Positions 38,537-48,571 of a stretch of 64,000 bases of DNA are shown here, piece by piece. Within the stretch, counting starts at the first letter, position 1, and the number at the start of each line of letters is the position of its first letter. The stretch is taken from the NCBI GenBank assembly GCA_017557535.1, contig JAFYYM010000034.1, positions 123,795-187,794 on the forward strand. Direction: 5' to 3'. A program made the position numbers and the translations under genes. The notes beneath the pieces are model-generated. The model made no database searches. It was given only the letters and a program-made list of their open reading frames with translations, and was not told the DNA's origin. Source of the DNA: Bacteroidales bacterium. Its GTDB lineage: Bacteria; Bacteroidota; Bacteroidia; Bacteroidales; UBA932.

Positions 38537-39298
38537 TTACTTCTTGGCAGGCTCCTGGACCGGCTCAACAAAAGGCTTGACTGAATCCAGGGTGATGTCG
38601 AACACCAGAGGAGTGTTGGGCTCGATGGCGTTGGAGCCACGCTCTCCGTAACCGAGCTCAGCGGGAACATAGAGGACAGCCTTTCCACCCTCGCCGAGGA
38701 GCTGGAGACCCTCAGTCCAACCAGGGATAACCCTGTTTAGAGTCAACATGACAGAAGGCTCGCCTTCGGGGACCTCCTCGATGACGGTACCATCCTTGAG
38801 GGTGAGCTTGTAGTGGACGTAGACAGTGTCCTTGGGACCGGGTTTGGTGTCATTGCCGGGCTCTTTGATGAGATAGCAAAGACCTGACTCGGAAGCCTCG
38901 ACTCCAGCCTGCTTCTTCACCTCATCGAAGAACTTGTTCTGCTCCGCTTTGTTGATGGCGGCGGTGTAAGCGGCTCTCTTCTCGATGAAACCACTGATTA
39001 CCGCATTCATCAGCTCAGGATTGACTTTGAACTGCTTGACGAAGTCGGTGTCACGCTGGTTACCCTTGGCATGCACGAAATCATCGATACCCCTCTTGAT
39101 CTCGGAGAAATTGAGGTCGCCCATGTTGTAACCTTTGATCATGGAACCGAAATTAATACCGAGGAGGTAACTGACTGAGTCAATCTCACCCTTTGAAGGA
39201 ACAAGCTCCTTAGCCACGCCGGCCGGCCTGGCGGAGTTGCATGCCACGGCCGAAATCACCATGGCCGCGATAGCGAAAAACTTGATTACTCTTTTCAT
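38537..39298 (-). CDS. FKBP-type peptidyl-prolyl isomerase, lipoprotein
   Basis: Lipobox SAVAC; DSVSYLLG, VHY, VIPGWTEGL, LGYG. Confidence 0.92.
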   Translation of the reverse strand: MKRVIKFFAIAAMVISAVACNSARPAGVAKELVPSKGEIDSVSYLLGINFGSMIKGYNMGDLNFSEIKRGIDDFVHAKGNQRDTDFVKQFKVNPELMNAVISGFIEKRAAYTAAINKAEQNKFFDEVKKQAGVEASESGLCYLIKEPGNDTKPGPKDTVYVHYKLTLKDGTVIEEVPEGEPSVMLTLNRVIPGWTEGLQLLGEGGKAVLYVPAELGYGERGSNAIEPNTPLVFDITLDSVKPFVEPVQEPAKK

Positions 39299-39340
39299 AT
39301 TTATAGCTTTTATGAGTTATCACTTAGGCCGCGAATATCG

Positions 39341-39348
39341 CAAAAATA
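39341..39348 (-). promoter_or_regulatory. -7 box for FKBP-DUF3127 unit
   Basis: TATTTTTG on minus strand. Confidence 0.5.
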
Positions 39349-39429
39349 ATTGAGATTTACATTATTAATATTGATTTGGCTTGCCATTTACAAAATCTTT
39401 GACTATATTTATGAAAACCACATCCAATC

Positions 39430-41637
39430 ATGGAGATTGATTCCGCTCTACTGCACTCAAAACTGAAGACCTTCTTCGGCTACGATGCCTTCAAAGGTGA
39501 CCAGGAAGCCATTATACGCAACCTGATCGAGGGGAAGGATGCGTTCGTGCTTATGCCGACAGGCGGCGGGAAGTCCCTGTGCTTCCAGTTGCCGGCGCTG
39601 GTCATGCCTGGTACAGCGATCGTGATCTCCCCCCTCATCGCGTTGATGAAAAACCAAGTGGATGTAATACGCGGTTTCGAGGAAAAAACAATAGGTATAG
39701 CCCATTTCCTCAACTCCTCACTAGGCAAAGCGCAGATCCAAGAGGTCCGTCAGGACCTGTTGTCGGGAGTCACCAAACTCCTTTATGTGGCGCCGGAATC
39801 CTTGACAAAAGAAGAGAATATCGATCTTCTGAAAGAGATCAAAATCTCCTTCTACGCTGTGGATGAGGCTCATTGTATCTCGGAATGGGGACATGATTTC
39901 CGACCGGAATACCGCAGGATCAGGGATATGATCCAGACCATCGGGAAAGCCCCGGTGATAGCTTTGACCGCGACGGCGACTCCAAAGGTGCAGAGTGACA
40001 TCCAGAAGAACCTCGGCATCATGGATGCCACGGTGTTCAAGTCCTCCTTCAACAGGCCCAATCTCTATTATGAGGTCAGGGATAAAGTGGATGCCGAGAA
40101 AGACATCATACGCTACATCAAACAACACCCCGGCAAGTCCGGAATCATCTACTGTCTGAGCCGCAAGAAAGTGGAAGAGACAGCCAGCCTCTTGAGTATC
40201 AACGGTATAAAAGCCCTTCCATACCATGCCGGACTGGATGCCAAGACAAGGGCCGAGAACCAGGATCGCTTCCTGATGGAAGATGTGGACGTGATAGTGG
40301 CAACCATCGCCTTCGGCATGGGTATTGACAAACCGGACGTCAGGTTCGTGATCCACTACGACATTCCAAAAAGCATAGAGGGATATTATCAGGAGACCGG
40401 ACGCGCCGGAAGGGACGGTGAGGCGGCGGACTGCATCACATACTATAGTTATAAGGATATCCAGAAACTCGAGAAATTCATGCTCGGGAAACCCATCTCC
40501 GAGCAGGAGATAGGAAGGCAGCTGCTGATGGAGACCGTGGCTTACGCCGAGACCAGTCAATGCCGCAGGAAAATGCTGCTCAATTACTTCGGGGAGGACT
40601 ATCCGAAAGAGAATTGCGGTGTGTGCGACAACTGTGTCAATCCTAAACCCACCTTTGATGGACGCAAAGAGATGTGCCTGGCGATCAGGCTGATTAAATC
40701 ACTCCCGGAGCATTTCAAGATAGAGCATTTGGCGATGGTCCTCTCTGGGCGGTCCAACGCCATGGTGAAGTCCTACAAGCATGACACCCTACCTTTGTTT
40801 GGGGAGGGCAAAGACCATAGCGACAGGTTCTGGAGCGCCGTCATCCACCAGGGACTTCTCCTCCATCTGCTGGGCAAAGAGATTGAGTCTTACGGTCTTA
40901 TTTATGTCACAGAGAAGGGGGAGGAATTCTACTCGAACCCTTGGGAGATCAGGCTTGTGGAAGACCGTGTATTCGTGGGCAAGGACAGCGACGATGACGA
41001 CGACGATGCCGCCTCCGACAAAGCCGCCATGAGAGGAGGCGGTGGAGATTCGGTCTTGCTGTCGATGCTGAAAAACTTGAGGAAAGACATGTCCAAGAGG
41101 CTGAACTTGCAGCCTTGGATCATCTTTGGTGATCCTGCCCTGGAAGACATGTCAATACTCTATCCAATCACTTTCAACGAGTTGCATAGCTGCCAGGGTG
41201 TGGGGGAAGGAAAGGCCAGGAAGTATGGCAAGGAGTTCATCGAGTTGATCAAGGCCTATGTGGAGGAGAATGACATCACAAGGCCCGCGGAGTTCGTGGT
41301 CAAGTCCGCCCCGACAAAGTCAGCGGACAAGATATTCATCATCCAAAGCGTGGACCGCAAGCTTTCACTCGAGGACATCGCTGACGCCAGGAGCATGGAC
41401 ATGGATAAGTTGATCGAGGACATAGAGGGCATCGTCTCCACGGGCACGAAGTTGGATCTCAACTATTATATCCGTCAAGTCATCGACGACGACATCGTCG
41501 AAGAGATATTCGATTACTTCAAGAATGAGGCGTCTTCCGATTCCCTCGAGGAGGCTCGGGCGGCCTTGGAGCCGGATTATGATGAATTGGAGATAAGGCT
41601 TGTCAGGATCAAGTTCCTCTGCGAGGTCGCTTCCTAG
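39430..41637 (+). CDS. recQ: ATP-dependent DNA helicase RecQ (helicase-RQC-HRDC)
   Basis: [52 protein letters not shown] region. Confidence 0.95.
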   Translation: MEIDSALLHSKLKTFFGYDAFKGDQEAIIRNLIEGKDAFVLMPTGGGKSLCFQLPALVMPGTAIVISPLIALMKNQVDVIRGFEEKTIGIAHFLNSSLGKAQIQEVRQDLLSGVTKLLYVAPESLTKEENIDLLKEIKISFYAVDEAHCISEWGHDFRPEYRRIRDMIQTIGKAPVIALTATATPKVQSDIQKNLGIMDATVFKSSFNRPNLYYEVRDKVDAEKDIIRYIKQHPGKSGIIYCLSRKKVEETASLLSINGIKALPYHAGLDAKTRAENQDRFLMEDVDVIVATIAFGMGIDKPDVRFVIHYDIPKSIEGYYQETGRAGRDGEAADCITYYSYKDIQKLEKFMLGKPISEQEIGRQLLMETVAYAETSQCRRKMLLNYFGEDYPKENCGVCDNCVNPKPTFDGRKEMCLAIRLIKSLPEHFKIEHLAMVLSGRSNAMVKSYKHDTLPLFGEGKDHSDRFWSAVIHQGLLLHLLGKEIESYGLIYVTEKGEEFYSNPWEIRLVEDRVFVGKDSDDDDDDAASDKAAMRGGGGDSVLLSMLKNLRKDMSKRLNLQPWIIFGDPALEDMSILYPITFNELHSCQGVGEGKARKYGKEFIELIKAYVEENDITRPAEFVVKSAPTKSADKIFIIQSVDRKLSLEDIADARSMDMDKLIEDIEGIVSTGTKLDLNYYIRQVIDDDIVEEIFDYFKNEASSDSLEEARAALEPDYDELEIRLVRIKFLCEVAS

Positions 41638-42485
41638 ATCGTCACCATCTTAAGGCGGCGGTTCTCGAAATGTCCCAGCCGCCGGAAACCGAACATTTTC
41701 ACATACTGGGCGAAATAATCGAACTTCATCCCCACCTGTTCTGGATTGTGTGAATCGGAACCCAGGCAGATGATGTCCCCTCCAAGCTCCATGTACCTGA
41801 TAAGGATGTCACGGTCAAGCTCAGGTGTCCTGAGCCCATACTGCTTATATGTCTTGGTATTGATCTCAAGCCCTTTACCGTTCTCTATCAGATATTTCAA
41901 TATCTCGTCAATAAGGCCGGGGAAATCCCTGTACTGGATACTTTCCTTAGGATAAGGGGCATACCGGACAACATAATCGAAATGACCCATGATGTCGAAA
42001 TCGCCCAACTTCCTCATCTCACGCAATAAAGTCTCAAGATAACGGCCATAGGCTTCCTTCCAATTCTTGCCCTTGTAATAAGGTCCGAAATAGGGATCCG
42101 TGTCCTCAAGATAATGTACAGAGGCGATGACCTGGTCAAATGTCTGGGCGGCGAGGATATTCCTGTTGAGCTCACGGCTATCCTCGTAAAGGCCTATCTC
42201 TATCCCCTTGAGAACCTTGAACTTCTTCGCGGCGGCCCTTCCAAAAGCCCCTTCGGCCACAAGGCCGCTGACCCGGTCAATCTCCGCCTGCTGGGCTTTC
42301 ACGTCAAAGACCTCGCAGACTATTGGCTCGAACTCCTCTTTCATCTTGGGGACAAAGTAATCGCAATGGTCGGTGAAACAAATCCCTCCAAAACCTTTAT
42401 CCACCGCCGCCTTAACGCTTTTCTCTACTGTGGTGGCGCCTCCGTCAAAAGAAAACTGGCTATGGTTGTGTGTGTCGAAAAACAT
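41634..42485 (-). CDS. PHP-domain histidinol-phosphatase family protein
   Basis: [28 protein letters not shown]. Confidence 0.8.
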   Translation of the reverse strand: MFFDTHNHSQFSFDGGATTVEKSVKAAVDKGFGGICFTDHCDYFVPKMKEEFEPIVCEVFDVKAQQAEIDRVSGLVAEGAFGRAAAKKFKVLKGIEIGLYEDSRELNRNILAAQTFDQVIASVHYLEDTDPYFGPYYKGKNWKEAYGRYLETLLREMRKLGDFDIMGHFDYVVRYAPYPKESIQYRDFPGLIDEILKYLIENGKGLEINTKTYKQYGLRTPELDRDILIRYMELGGDIICLGSDSHNPEQVGMKFDYFAQYVKMFGFRRLGHFENRRLKMVTI

Positions 42486-42490
42486 ATTCA

Positions 42491-42518
42491 CGAATATAGC
42501 GTTTTTTTATTAATTTTG
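42491..42518. promoter_or_regulatory. Back-to-back -7 boxes for two divergent genes
   Basis: Minus TATATTCG (42498-42491) 5 nt before ATG 42485; plus TAATTTTG (42511-42518) 5 nt before ATG 42524. Confidence 0.55.
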
Positions 42519-42523
42519 TGTTT

Positions 42524-43186
42524 ATGATTACCCTGGGATATAAAACAAAGTTCGACAGCGTCACCAGAGCCGCCGCTGCCATAGGTATCGGACTGGTGAT
42601 GGCCTTCGGAGGCAACGCCCCCGCTTTAGTTGTTAAGATCATAGCGATCCTGCTTGTCGTGGCGGGTGTCGCCTCTTTGATTTACGGATTGGTGAAAAGC
42701 AAGGAGAATGGTGTTTACCAATTGCTTCTGATTAACGCCGGTCTGGACATCGCGCTTGGCCTTCTGTTGTTCTTCAACCCGCAATGGATAGCTGGAGTGA
42801 TAGTATATGCGATAGGTATCGTCCTCATCCTTTTCGGAGGTCTTCAGCTTATCGCTTTAGCAGGAGCCATGAGCCTTCTGGGAGCGGGCTTCTCATCCCT
42901 CCTCCTTTCGGTCCTGGCTGTCGTGGGAGGTGCCTTCCTACTATTCAACCCGTTCACGATCAATGTGATGAGCGTAATAGCCGGATGTCTTCTGATAGTT
43001 TATGGAGTCGCTGAGCTGATCTCCGCTTTCCGTATGCAGAAAGCCAGGGAGGAATTCGAGATAAGACGGGCCGCGACACCTTCTGGTCCGAACGTCCGAG
43101 AGACAGGGTCAACCAGTCTGGCTGACGCCAAAGAAGTCAATTACGAGAAGATAGAAGAGCCTGAGGACCAGGACGACATGAACTGA
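42524..43186 (+). CDS. DUF308/HdeD-like membrane protein
   Basis: About six short TM segments with repeated LLFFNP/LLFNP motif; polar tail. Confidence 0.75.
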   Translation: MITLGYKTKFDSVTRAAAAIGIGLVMAFGGNAPALVVKIIAILLVVAGVASLIYGLVKSKENGVYQLLLINAGLDIALGLLLFFNPQWIAGVIVYAIGIVLILFGGLQLIALAGAMSLLGAGFSSLLLSVLAVVGGAFLLFNPFTINVMSVIAGCLLIVYGVAELISAFRMQKAREEFEIRRAATPSGPNVRETGSTSLADAKEVNYEKIEEPEDQDDMN

Positions 43187-43188
43187 TC

Positions 43189-45285
43189 ATGATTCCACGG
43201 GAGACGGTACAGAAGATTCTGGACACCGCGCAAGTCGAGGAAGTGGTGGCCGATTTCGTCTCGCTTAAGAAGCGCGGGGCGGAATGGTGGGGCTGTTGTC
43301 CTTTCCACAACGAGAAGACCCCCTCCTTCCATGTCGTTCCCGCGAGAGGAATATACTACTGCTTCGGTTGCCACAAAGGAGGATCCGCCGTGGGTTTCGT
43401 GATGGACCATGAGCACATGTCTTATCCGGATGCCCTGAGATATCTGGCAAAGAAATATAATATCGAGGTGGTTGAGGAAGAGCAGAGCGCCGAGGAACTA
43501 GCCGCCCGACAAAGAAACGAGAGCCTCTACCTCGTCTCGGAATTCGCCGAGGAATTCTTCAAGGAACAGCTCTCGAAAGGAGAGGGCAAAGCCGTGGGAC
43601 TCAATTATTTCCACAGCAGAGGTCTGGAGGATGCCACCATTGGGAAATATGGCCTGGGATGGGCTCCGTCCGACCGACACGCCTTCACAGACGCCGCCAA
43701 GGCTAAAGGATATAAGGACGAATATCTCCTTGAGACAGGACTCTGCGCCAAATACGACGACAAGCCCGACATCCATGACAGGTTTGTCGAAAGGGTCACC
43801 TTCCCTATCCATTCGATTAGCGGCAGGATCATCGGTTTCGGAGCAAGGACACTTAAATCAAAAGAGGAAGGGAAACCCTACGCCAAATACGTCAACTCCA
43901 AGGAGAGCGCCATCTATGTCAAGAATCAATCATTGTACGGAATATGGTTCGCTAAGGGCGAGATGGCCAAGAAAGACAAGTGTTTCCTTGTCGAAGGATA
44001 CCTGGATGTTCTCTCCATGCATCAGCTGGGAATCACCAACGTGGTGGCTTCCAGCGGTACCGCATTGACTGACGGGCAGATACGCCTTATAGGACGTTTC
44101 ACGAAGAACGTCACCATCATGTATGACGGTGACGAGGCCGGCGTCAAGGCCGCCCTTAGAGGTATCGACATGTTCCTACGCCAAGGAATGAACGTCAAGG
44201 TCGTGTTGATCCCGGACGGGGATGACCCTGACTCATACGCCCGGAAACACACTTTGGAGGAAGTGGAGGACTTCATCTCTGGCAACGAGCAGGATTTCGT
44301 GGACTTCCAGAGTTCCCTACTGCTAAGGGACACGGAGAATGATCCTCTCCGGCGCGCTGACGCGATAAATGAGATAGCCGACACTGTGGCCCAGATTTCG
44401 GACGGAGTCAAAAGGGAAACCTATATCGACTTCCTCAGTCGCAAGTTCGACATCCGGAGGACCGTCCTGGAGGATAGGGTCGGCTTGACAAGGACGAAAC
44501 TCTTAACCCAGACCGGACAGCAGTCCGAGCCTGACCGAGTCCATCCTCGCCCCACTGCGGCTGAGTACGGCCTAGGCTCGACTGCTGCTCCGGCTATCAC
44601 GCAAGATTCGGAGCGAAGCGACGCAGGGAGTCTGAGGGGAACGCCCCTCAGTCCCCCTAGGGGGCAAGGGGGGTTGACGTTTTCTTCCAGTGACGACCTA
44701 TCGTCACTGGAAGAGAACCCGATAATGGCAAAGGCTGAGCGGGATCTGCTGAGCTTCATCCTGACCTATGGCACCACCAGACTTGAGTTCCAAAGTGACT
44801 CTGAATTCTACACCGAGGATGAGGAAGATGTCCAGACAGTGTTCGAGTTCATTGGCCAAGCCATAGAGGCAGACGGTACCGTATTCGCCAACAAGGCTTA
44901 CCAGGACACCTATGACGCCTATTCGGAAGAGTATTATAATGGCTATTCCCAGAATGATATCGTGAGACATCTCATGGACGGCGAGGATAGGACGGTGGCA
45001 TTCGTCGCGGCTCAACTCTCGACAGAAGAGAGATACGACTTGTCCATCAAGAATCTCCGCGACGCCATGATGTCAAAGGGGTCATGGCTGACGAAATTCG
45101 TCCCCAAGTCAATCCTCGTATTCCAAGTCTGCCGCCTCGAGGACAAAGAGCACTCCCTTAAAGAAGAGCTTAGAGAAGCACAGGACATCGGGGACCAGAA
45201 CCGTGAGATGGAGATATTGAAGAGCCTGGTGAATCTGCGCAAAGCCATCAAAACCGTCAAAGTTCGCCTCGGACGGGAAAAATAG
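43189..45285 (+). CDS. dnaG: DNA primase with palindromic insertion in the linker
   Basis: CPFHNEKTPSF, CFGC, FGARTL, KYVNS, VEGYLDV, YDGDEAG, DPD. Confidence 0.96.
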   Translation: MIPRETVQKILDTAQVEEVVADFVSLKKRGAEWWGCCPFHNEKTPSFHVVPARGIYYCFGCHKGGSAVGFVMDHEHMSYPDALRYLAKKYNIEVVEEEQSAEELAARQRNESLYLVSEFAEEFFKEQLSKGEGKAVGLNYFHSRGLEDATIGKYGLGWAPSDRHAFTDAAKAKGYKDEYLLETGLCAKYDDKPDIHDRFVERVTFPIHSISGRIIGFGARTLKSKEEGKPYAKYVNSKESAIYVKNQSLYGIWFAKGEMAKKDKCFLVEGYLDVLSMHQLGITNVVASSGTALTDGQIRLIGRFTKNVTIMYDGDEAGVKAALRGIDMFLRQGMNVKVVLIPDGDDPDSYARKHTLEEVEDFISGNEQDFVDFQSSLLLRDTENDPLRRADAINEIADTVAQISDGVKRETYIDFLSRKFDIRRTVLEDRVGLTRTKLLTQTGQQSEPDRVHPRPTAAEYGLGSTAAPAITQDSERSDAGSLRGTPLSPPRGQGGLTFSSSDDLSSLEENPIMAKAERDLLSFILTYGTTRLEFQSDSEFYTEDEEDVQTVFEFIGQAIEADGTVFANKAYQDTYDAYSEEYYNGYSQNDIVRHLMDGEDRTVAFVAAQLSTEERYDLSIKNLRDAMMSKGSWLTKFVPKSILVFQVCRLEDKEHSLKEELREAQDIGDQNREMEILKSLVNLRKAIKTVKVRLGREK
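44512..44594. repeat. 83-nt hairpin element, copy 1 (in dnaG)
   Basis: 71/83 nt identical, ungapped, to 47938-48020; 18-bp outer stem with two single-base bulges. Confidence 0.9.
44611..44718. repeat. Cluster of hairpins in dnaG following the 83-nt element
   Basis: GAGCGAAGCGA (44611-44621); CTGAGGGG-AACG-CCCCTCAG (44632-44651); CCCCCTAGGGGG (44653-44664); perfect 14-bp stem 44683-44714. Confidence 0.75.
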
Positions 45286-45413
45286 CCGACCTTGGGTGTC
45301 ACAGCGGCCGGAGATGTGTATCCATTGAATATCAATTGTTTATCTTTCTGATTATCAACAACGAAACGTCTCCCGCTTGAATGACGGGCAGTCCAAAGAG
45401 TCAGGGGCGAGGG

Positions 45414-46178
45414 TCAGAACTTGAAGGAGAGGCCGCCGGTGAAGGAAAAGAACCAGCGGAGGGGCTGCTTTAAAGAGGTTTTGGTCCCAATGTCAGAGCC
45501 GTTCTCGAACCGTACGGATTCGGTGTTGACGATGTAATTCCTGGTCAGGTTGTAGTGGATGGCCGGACTGAGTTTCAGGTCAAACCGCCAGAGGCGATAG
45601 TTCAGGCAAGTTCCGGCATCAAGGGTGAGGGAAAAGCGTCCGTTCCTCTCAGTCCATGTCCGGTCGGTATTCAAATAACCCGGTCCCCAACTGGCCGTCG
45701 AGACCGGAGAACTCTCTCCGGACACATAACCCGGTGTCACCCCTGTGAAGAACTCAGCTTGGCTGAACAAGTTGGCGATGAAAGCGGCCAGCGCTCCCCG
45801 AAGAGGGTTGGAATATCCCATAATGGCCTCATAACCAAAAGTTTCTCCAGCAGCGATCGCTCCGCTTCTCACCCGTCCGTCCGTGTTTCTGGCCGGAGTG
45901 CGATAGGCGAAGGCTATCGGTATTCCGAAAGCATTGTCAACTTCGGCAACACGGGAAGCCAGTTGAAATCCCGTCCGGTATCCTATTCCGGTCGAGTAAA
46001 AATGCCCGTAACTCACCCCAAACAATACATCTGATTCCTGTCCTTTGTACATGGGAGTATAGACACCGGCATAGAAGCCGATGTCATCCGACAAGTTCGA
46101 GCGCTTTTCTGCCGCGGTCTGGGCATTGGCGCAGAAGGAAAGAATCAGCAAAGACGGGATAATAATGAGGTGTCTCAT
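45414..46178 (-). CDS. Hypothetical outer-membrane beta-barrel-like protein
   Basis: Signal peptide, alternating aromatic/glycine strands, C-terminal ...GGLSFKF. Confidence 0.65.
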   Translation of the reverse strand: MRHLIIIPSLLILSFCANAQTAAEKRSNLSDDIGFYAGVYTPMYKGQESDVLFGVSYGHFYSTGIGYRTGFQLASRVAEVDNAFGIPIAFAYRTPARNTDGRVRSGAIAAGETFGYEAIMGYSNPLRGALAAFIANLFSQAEFFTGVTPGYVSGESSPVSTASWGPGYLNTDRTWTERNGRFSLTLDAGTCLNYRLWRFDLKLSPAIHYNLTRNYIVNTESVRFENGSDIGTKTSLKQPLRWFFSFTGGLSFKF

Positions 46179-46262
46179 ATCGTTTTGACTTGTGAACTTG
46201 CTTTATGCAGATGCGTGAGGCAACAAATAGTGTTCCATGTCAAAACATCCGAGTGTTTTTGC

Positions 46263-46270
46263 TACCTTTG
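46263..46270 (+). promoter_or_regulatory. -7 box for metG
   Basis: TACCTTTG, 20 nt before ATG 46291. Confidence 0.6.
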
Positions 46271-46290
46271 CAGTTTGAAGTCAATTGTAT

Positions 46291-48570
46291 ATGGAAAAGA
46301 ATTTCAAGAGAACGCTTGTGACCTGCGCGTTGCCGTACGCCAACGGCCCCGTGCATATCGGCCATCTGGCCGGAGTCTATGTGCCTGCCGACATATTCGT
46401 GAGATACAAGAGGATGAAGGGCGAGGATGTCCTTTTCATCTGCGGCTCAGACGAGCATGGTGTGCCGATCACAATCAAGGCAAGGGCTAATGGTGTGACT
46501 CCGCAGGATATCGTGGACAAGTACCACGGCATCATAAAGGACTCGTTCACAAGGCTGGGGATCAATTTCGACATTTATTCCCGCACCACCTCCAAGGTGC
46601 ATCACAAGAACGCCTCTGAGTTCTTCCGCGAGCTCTACGACAAGGGCAAGTTCATCACCAAGGAGAGCGAGCAGTACTATGACCCTGAGGCCAAGACTTT
46701 CCTGGCCGACAGGTACATTGTCGGCACTTGCCCCAAGTGCGGCAATCCGAACGCCTATGGCGACCAGTGCGAGAAGTGCGGAAGCACCCTTAGTCCCGAG
46801 GAACTCCTCAACCCGAAGTCCAAACTCAGCGGCGCCGAGCCGATAAAGAAGAAGACCACACACTGGTATCTTCCTCTGGACAAGTACGAGCCTTGGCTCC
46901 GTGAATGGATTCTCGATAACCACAAGGAGTGGAGGTCCAATGTCTACGGCCAGTGCAAGTCATGGCTGGATGGCGGACTTCAGCCTAGAGCCGTCAGCCG
47001 CGACCTGGACTGGGGTGTCCCAGTGCCTGTGGAGGGTGCGGAAGGCAAGGTACTCTATGTATGGTTTGACGCCCCGATTGGCTATATATCCAACACTCAG
47101 GAGCTTCTGCCACAGAGTTGGGAGAAATGGTGGAAGGATGATGACACCCGTCTCATCCATTTCATCGGCAAGGACAATATCGTCTTCCATTGCATCGTCT
47201 TCCCTTCGATGCTGAAGGCCCGCGAAAACTACATCCTTCCGGACAATGTGCCTTCCAATGAGTTCCTCAACCTCGAGAGCGACAAGATCTCGACCTCCCG
47301 CAACTGGGCTGTCTGGCTCAATGAATATGTCGACGACTTCCCCGGCCAGGAGGACACCCTTCGTTACGTTCTCTGCGCCAATGCTCCCGAGACCAAGGAT
47401 AATGACTTCACCTGGAAGGATTTCCAGCAGAGGAACAACAGCGAGCTGGTGGCCATCCTGGGCAATTTCGTCAACAGGGCAGTTGTCCTGACACAGAAAT
47501 ATTTCGGAGGCAAGGTGCCGGAGAACCTGAAGCCGGAAGCTATTGATGCTGAGACACTCTCGCAACTTCCCGAGCTTCGCCGAAGCCTCGAGGCTAATCT
47601 TGAAGGCTTCCATTTCAGGGAGGCTCTGAAAGACGCCATGAACATAGCCCGCATTGGTAACAAATACATCTCTGACACCGAACCTTGGAAGGTCGCCAAG
47701 TCCGACATGGACAGGACCGCCTCGATCCTCTACACCTCGCTGCAGATATGCGCCAATCTCGCTATCGCATTTGAGCCGTTCACTCCGTTCTCGGCAGAGA
47801 AACTGAGAGGGATACTGAAGGTTGGATTGGACGCTGGTTTCGACCATCGCTCCGGCGAGGGTGAGCCAACGGTGAACTTCTACAAGCCAGGCGAATGCCG
47901 CGCACTCCATACGGCCGGACAGCCGCTAACTGAAACGGCCGGACAGCCGTTCGAGCACGGCCGCGTCCATCCTCGCTACGCTGCGGCTGAGTACGGCCTA
48001 AGCTCGACGGCTGCTCCGGCCAACTCGGCTGAATGTCCGGTGCTGACATGGGACGACTTGGGACGTGGGGATATCCTGCCGGTCGGACATGAGCTCGGTG
48101 AGGCTGTCCTGCTGTTCAGCAAGATCGAGGATAATGTCATCGATGCCCAGATCGACAAATTGAACGCCACCAAGCAAGCCAATGAGGCTGCCGCCAAGGC
48201 CGCTGAGGCGGAGGAAGCCGCCCATAAGGTCGAGCCTCAGAAGCCTGAGGTCACCTTTGAGGACTTCGGAGCTATGGATATCCGTACCGCCACCGTGCTA
48301 GAGGCTGAACGGGTTCCCAAAACTGACAAGCTCCTCAAACTCACGATCGACACCGGTATTGACCAAAGGACGATAGTCTCGGGCATAGCCGAGTACTATT
48401 CCCCGGAAGACATGCTCGGAAAGCAAATCTGCATCCTGGCTAACCTGAAGCCCAGGATGATCCGCGGCATCGAGTCCAAGGGAATGATCCTTATGGCAAA
48501 ACAGGGTGACGGGACAATGCGTCTCGTCACCCCGAGTGAAGCCGTGTCAAACGGCGCTGTTATCGGCTGA
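46291..48570 (+). CDS. metG: Methionyl-tRNA synthetase with ~70-aa insertion and C-terminal tRNA-binding domain
   Basis: [11 protein letters not shown] (HIGH), GSDEHG, CPKC..CEKC knuckle, YVWFDA, KISTS (KMSKS-like), GIESKGMIL. Confidence 0.96.
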   Translation: MEKNFKRTLVTCALPYANGPVHIGHLAGVYVPADIFVRYKRMKGEDVLFICGSDEHGVPITIKARANGVTPQDIVDKYHGIIKDSFTRLGINFDIYSRTTSKVHHKNASEFFRELYDKGKFITKESEQYYDPEAKTFLADRYIVGTCPKCGNPNAYGDQCEKCGSTLSPEELLNPKSKLSGAEPIKKKTTHWYLPLDKYEPWLREWILDNHKEWRSNVYGQCKSWLDGGLQPRAVSRDLDWGVPVPVEGAEGKVLYVWFDAPIGYISNTQELLPQSWEKWWKDDDTRLIHFIGKDNIVFHCIVFPSMLKARENYILPDNVPSNEFLNLESDKISTSRNWAVWLNEYVDDFPGQEDTLRYVLCANAPETKDNDFTWKDFQQRNNSELVAILGNFVNRAVVLTQKYFGGKVPENLKPEAIDAETLSQLPELRRSLEANLEGFHFREALKDAMNIARIGNKYISDTEPWKVAKSDMDRTASILYTSLQICANLAIAFEPFTPFSAEKLRGILKVGLDAGFDHRSGEGEPTVNFYKPGECRALHTAGQPLTETAGQPFEHGRVHPRYAAAEYGLSSTAAPANSAECPVLTWDDLGRGDILPVGHELGEAVLLFSKIEDNVIDAQIDKLNATKQANEAAAKAAEAEEAAHKVEPQKPEVTFEDFGAMDIRTATVLEAERVPKTDKLLKLTIDTGIDQRTIVSGIAEYYSPEDMLGKQICILANLKPRMIRGIESKGMILMAKQGDGTMRLVTPSEAVSNGAVIG
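47938..48020. repeat. 83-nt hairpin element, copy 2 (in metG)
   Basis: GCCGGACAGCCGTTCGAGC ... GCTCGACGGCTGCTCCGGC arms; 71/83 identical to dnaG copy; same reading frame. Confidence 0.9.
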
Positions 48571-48571
48571 T

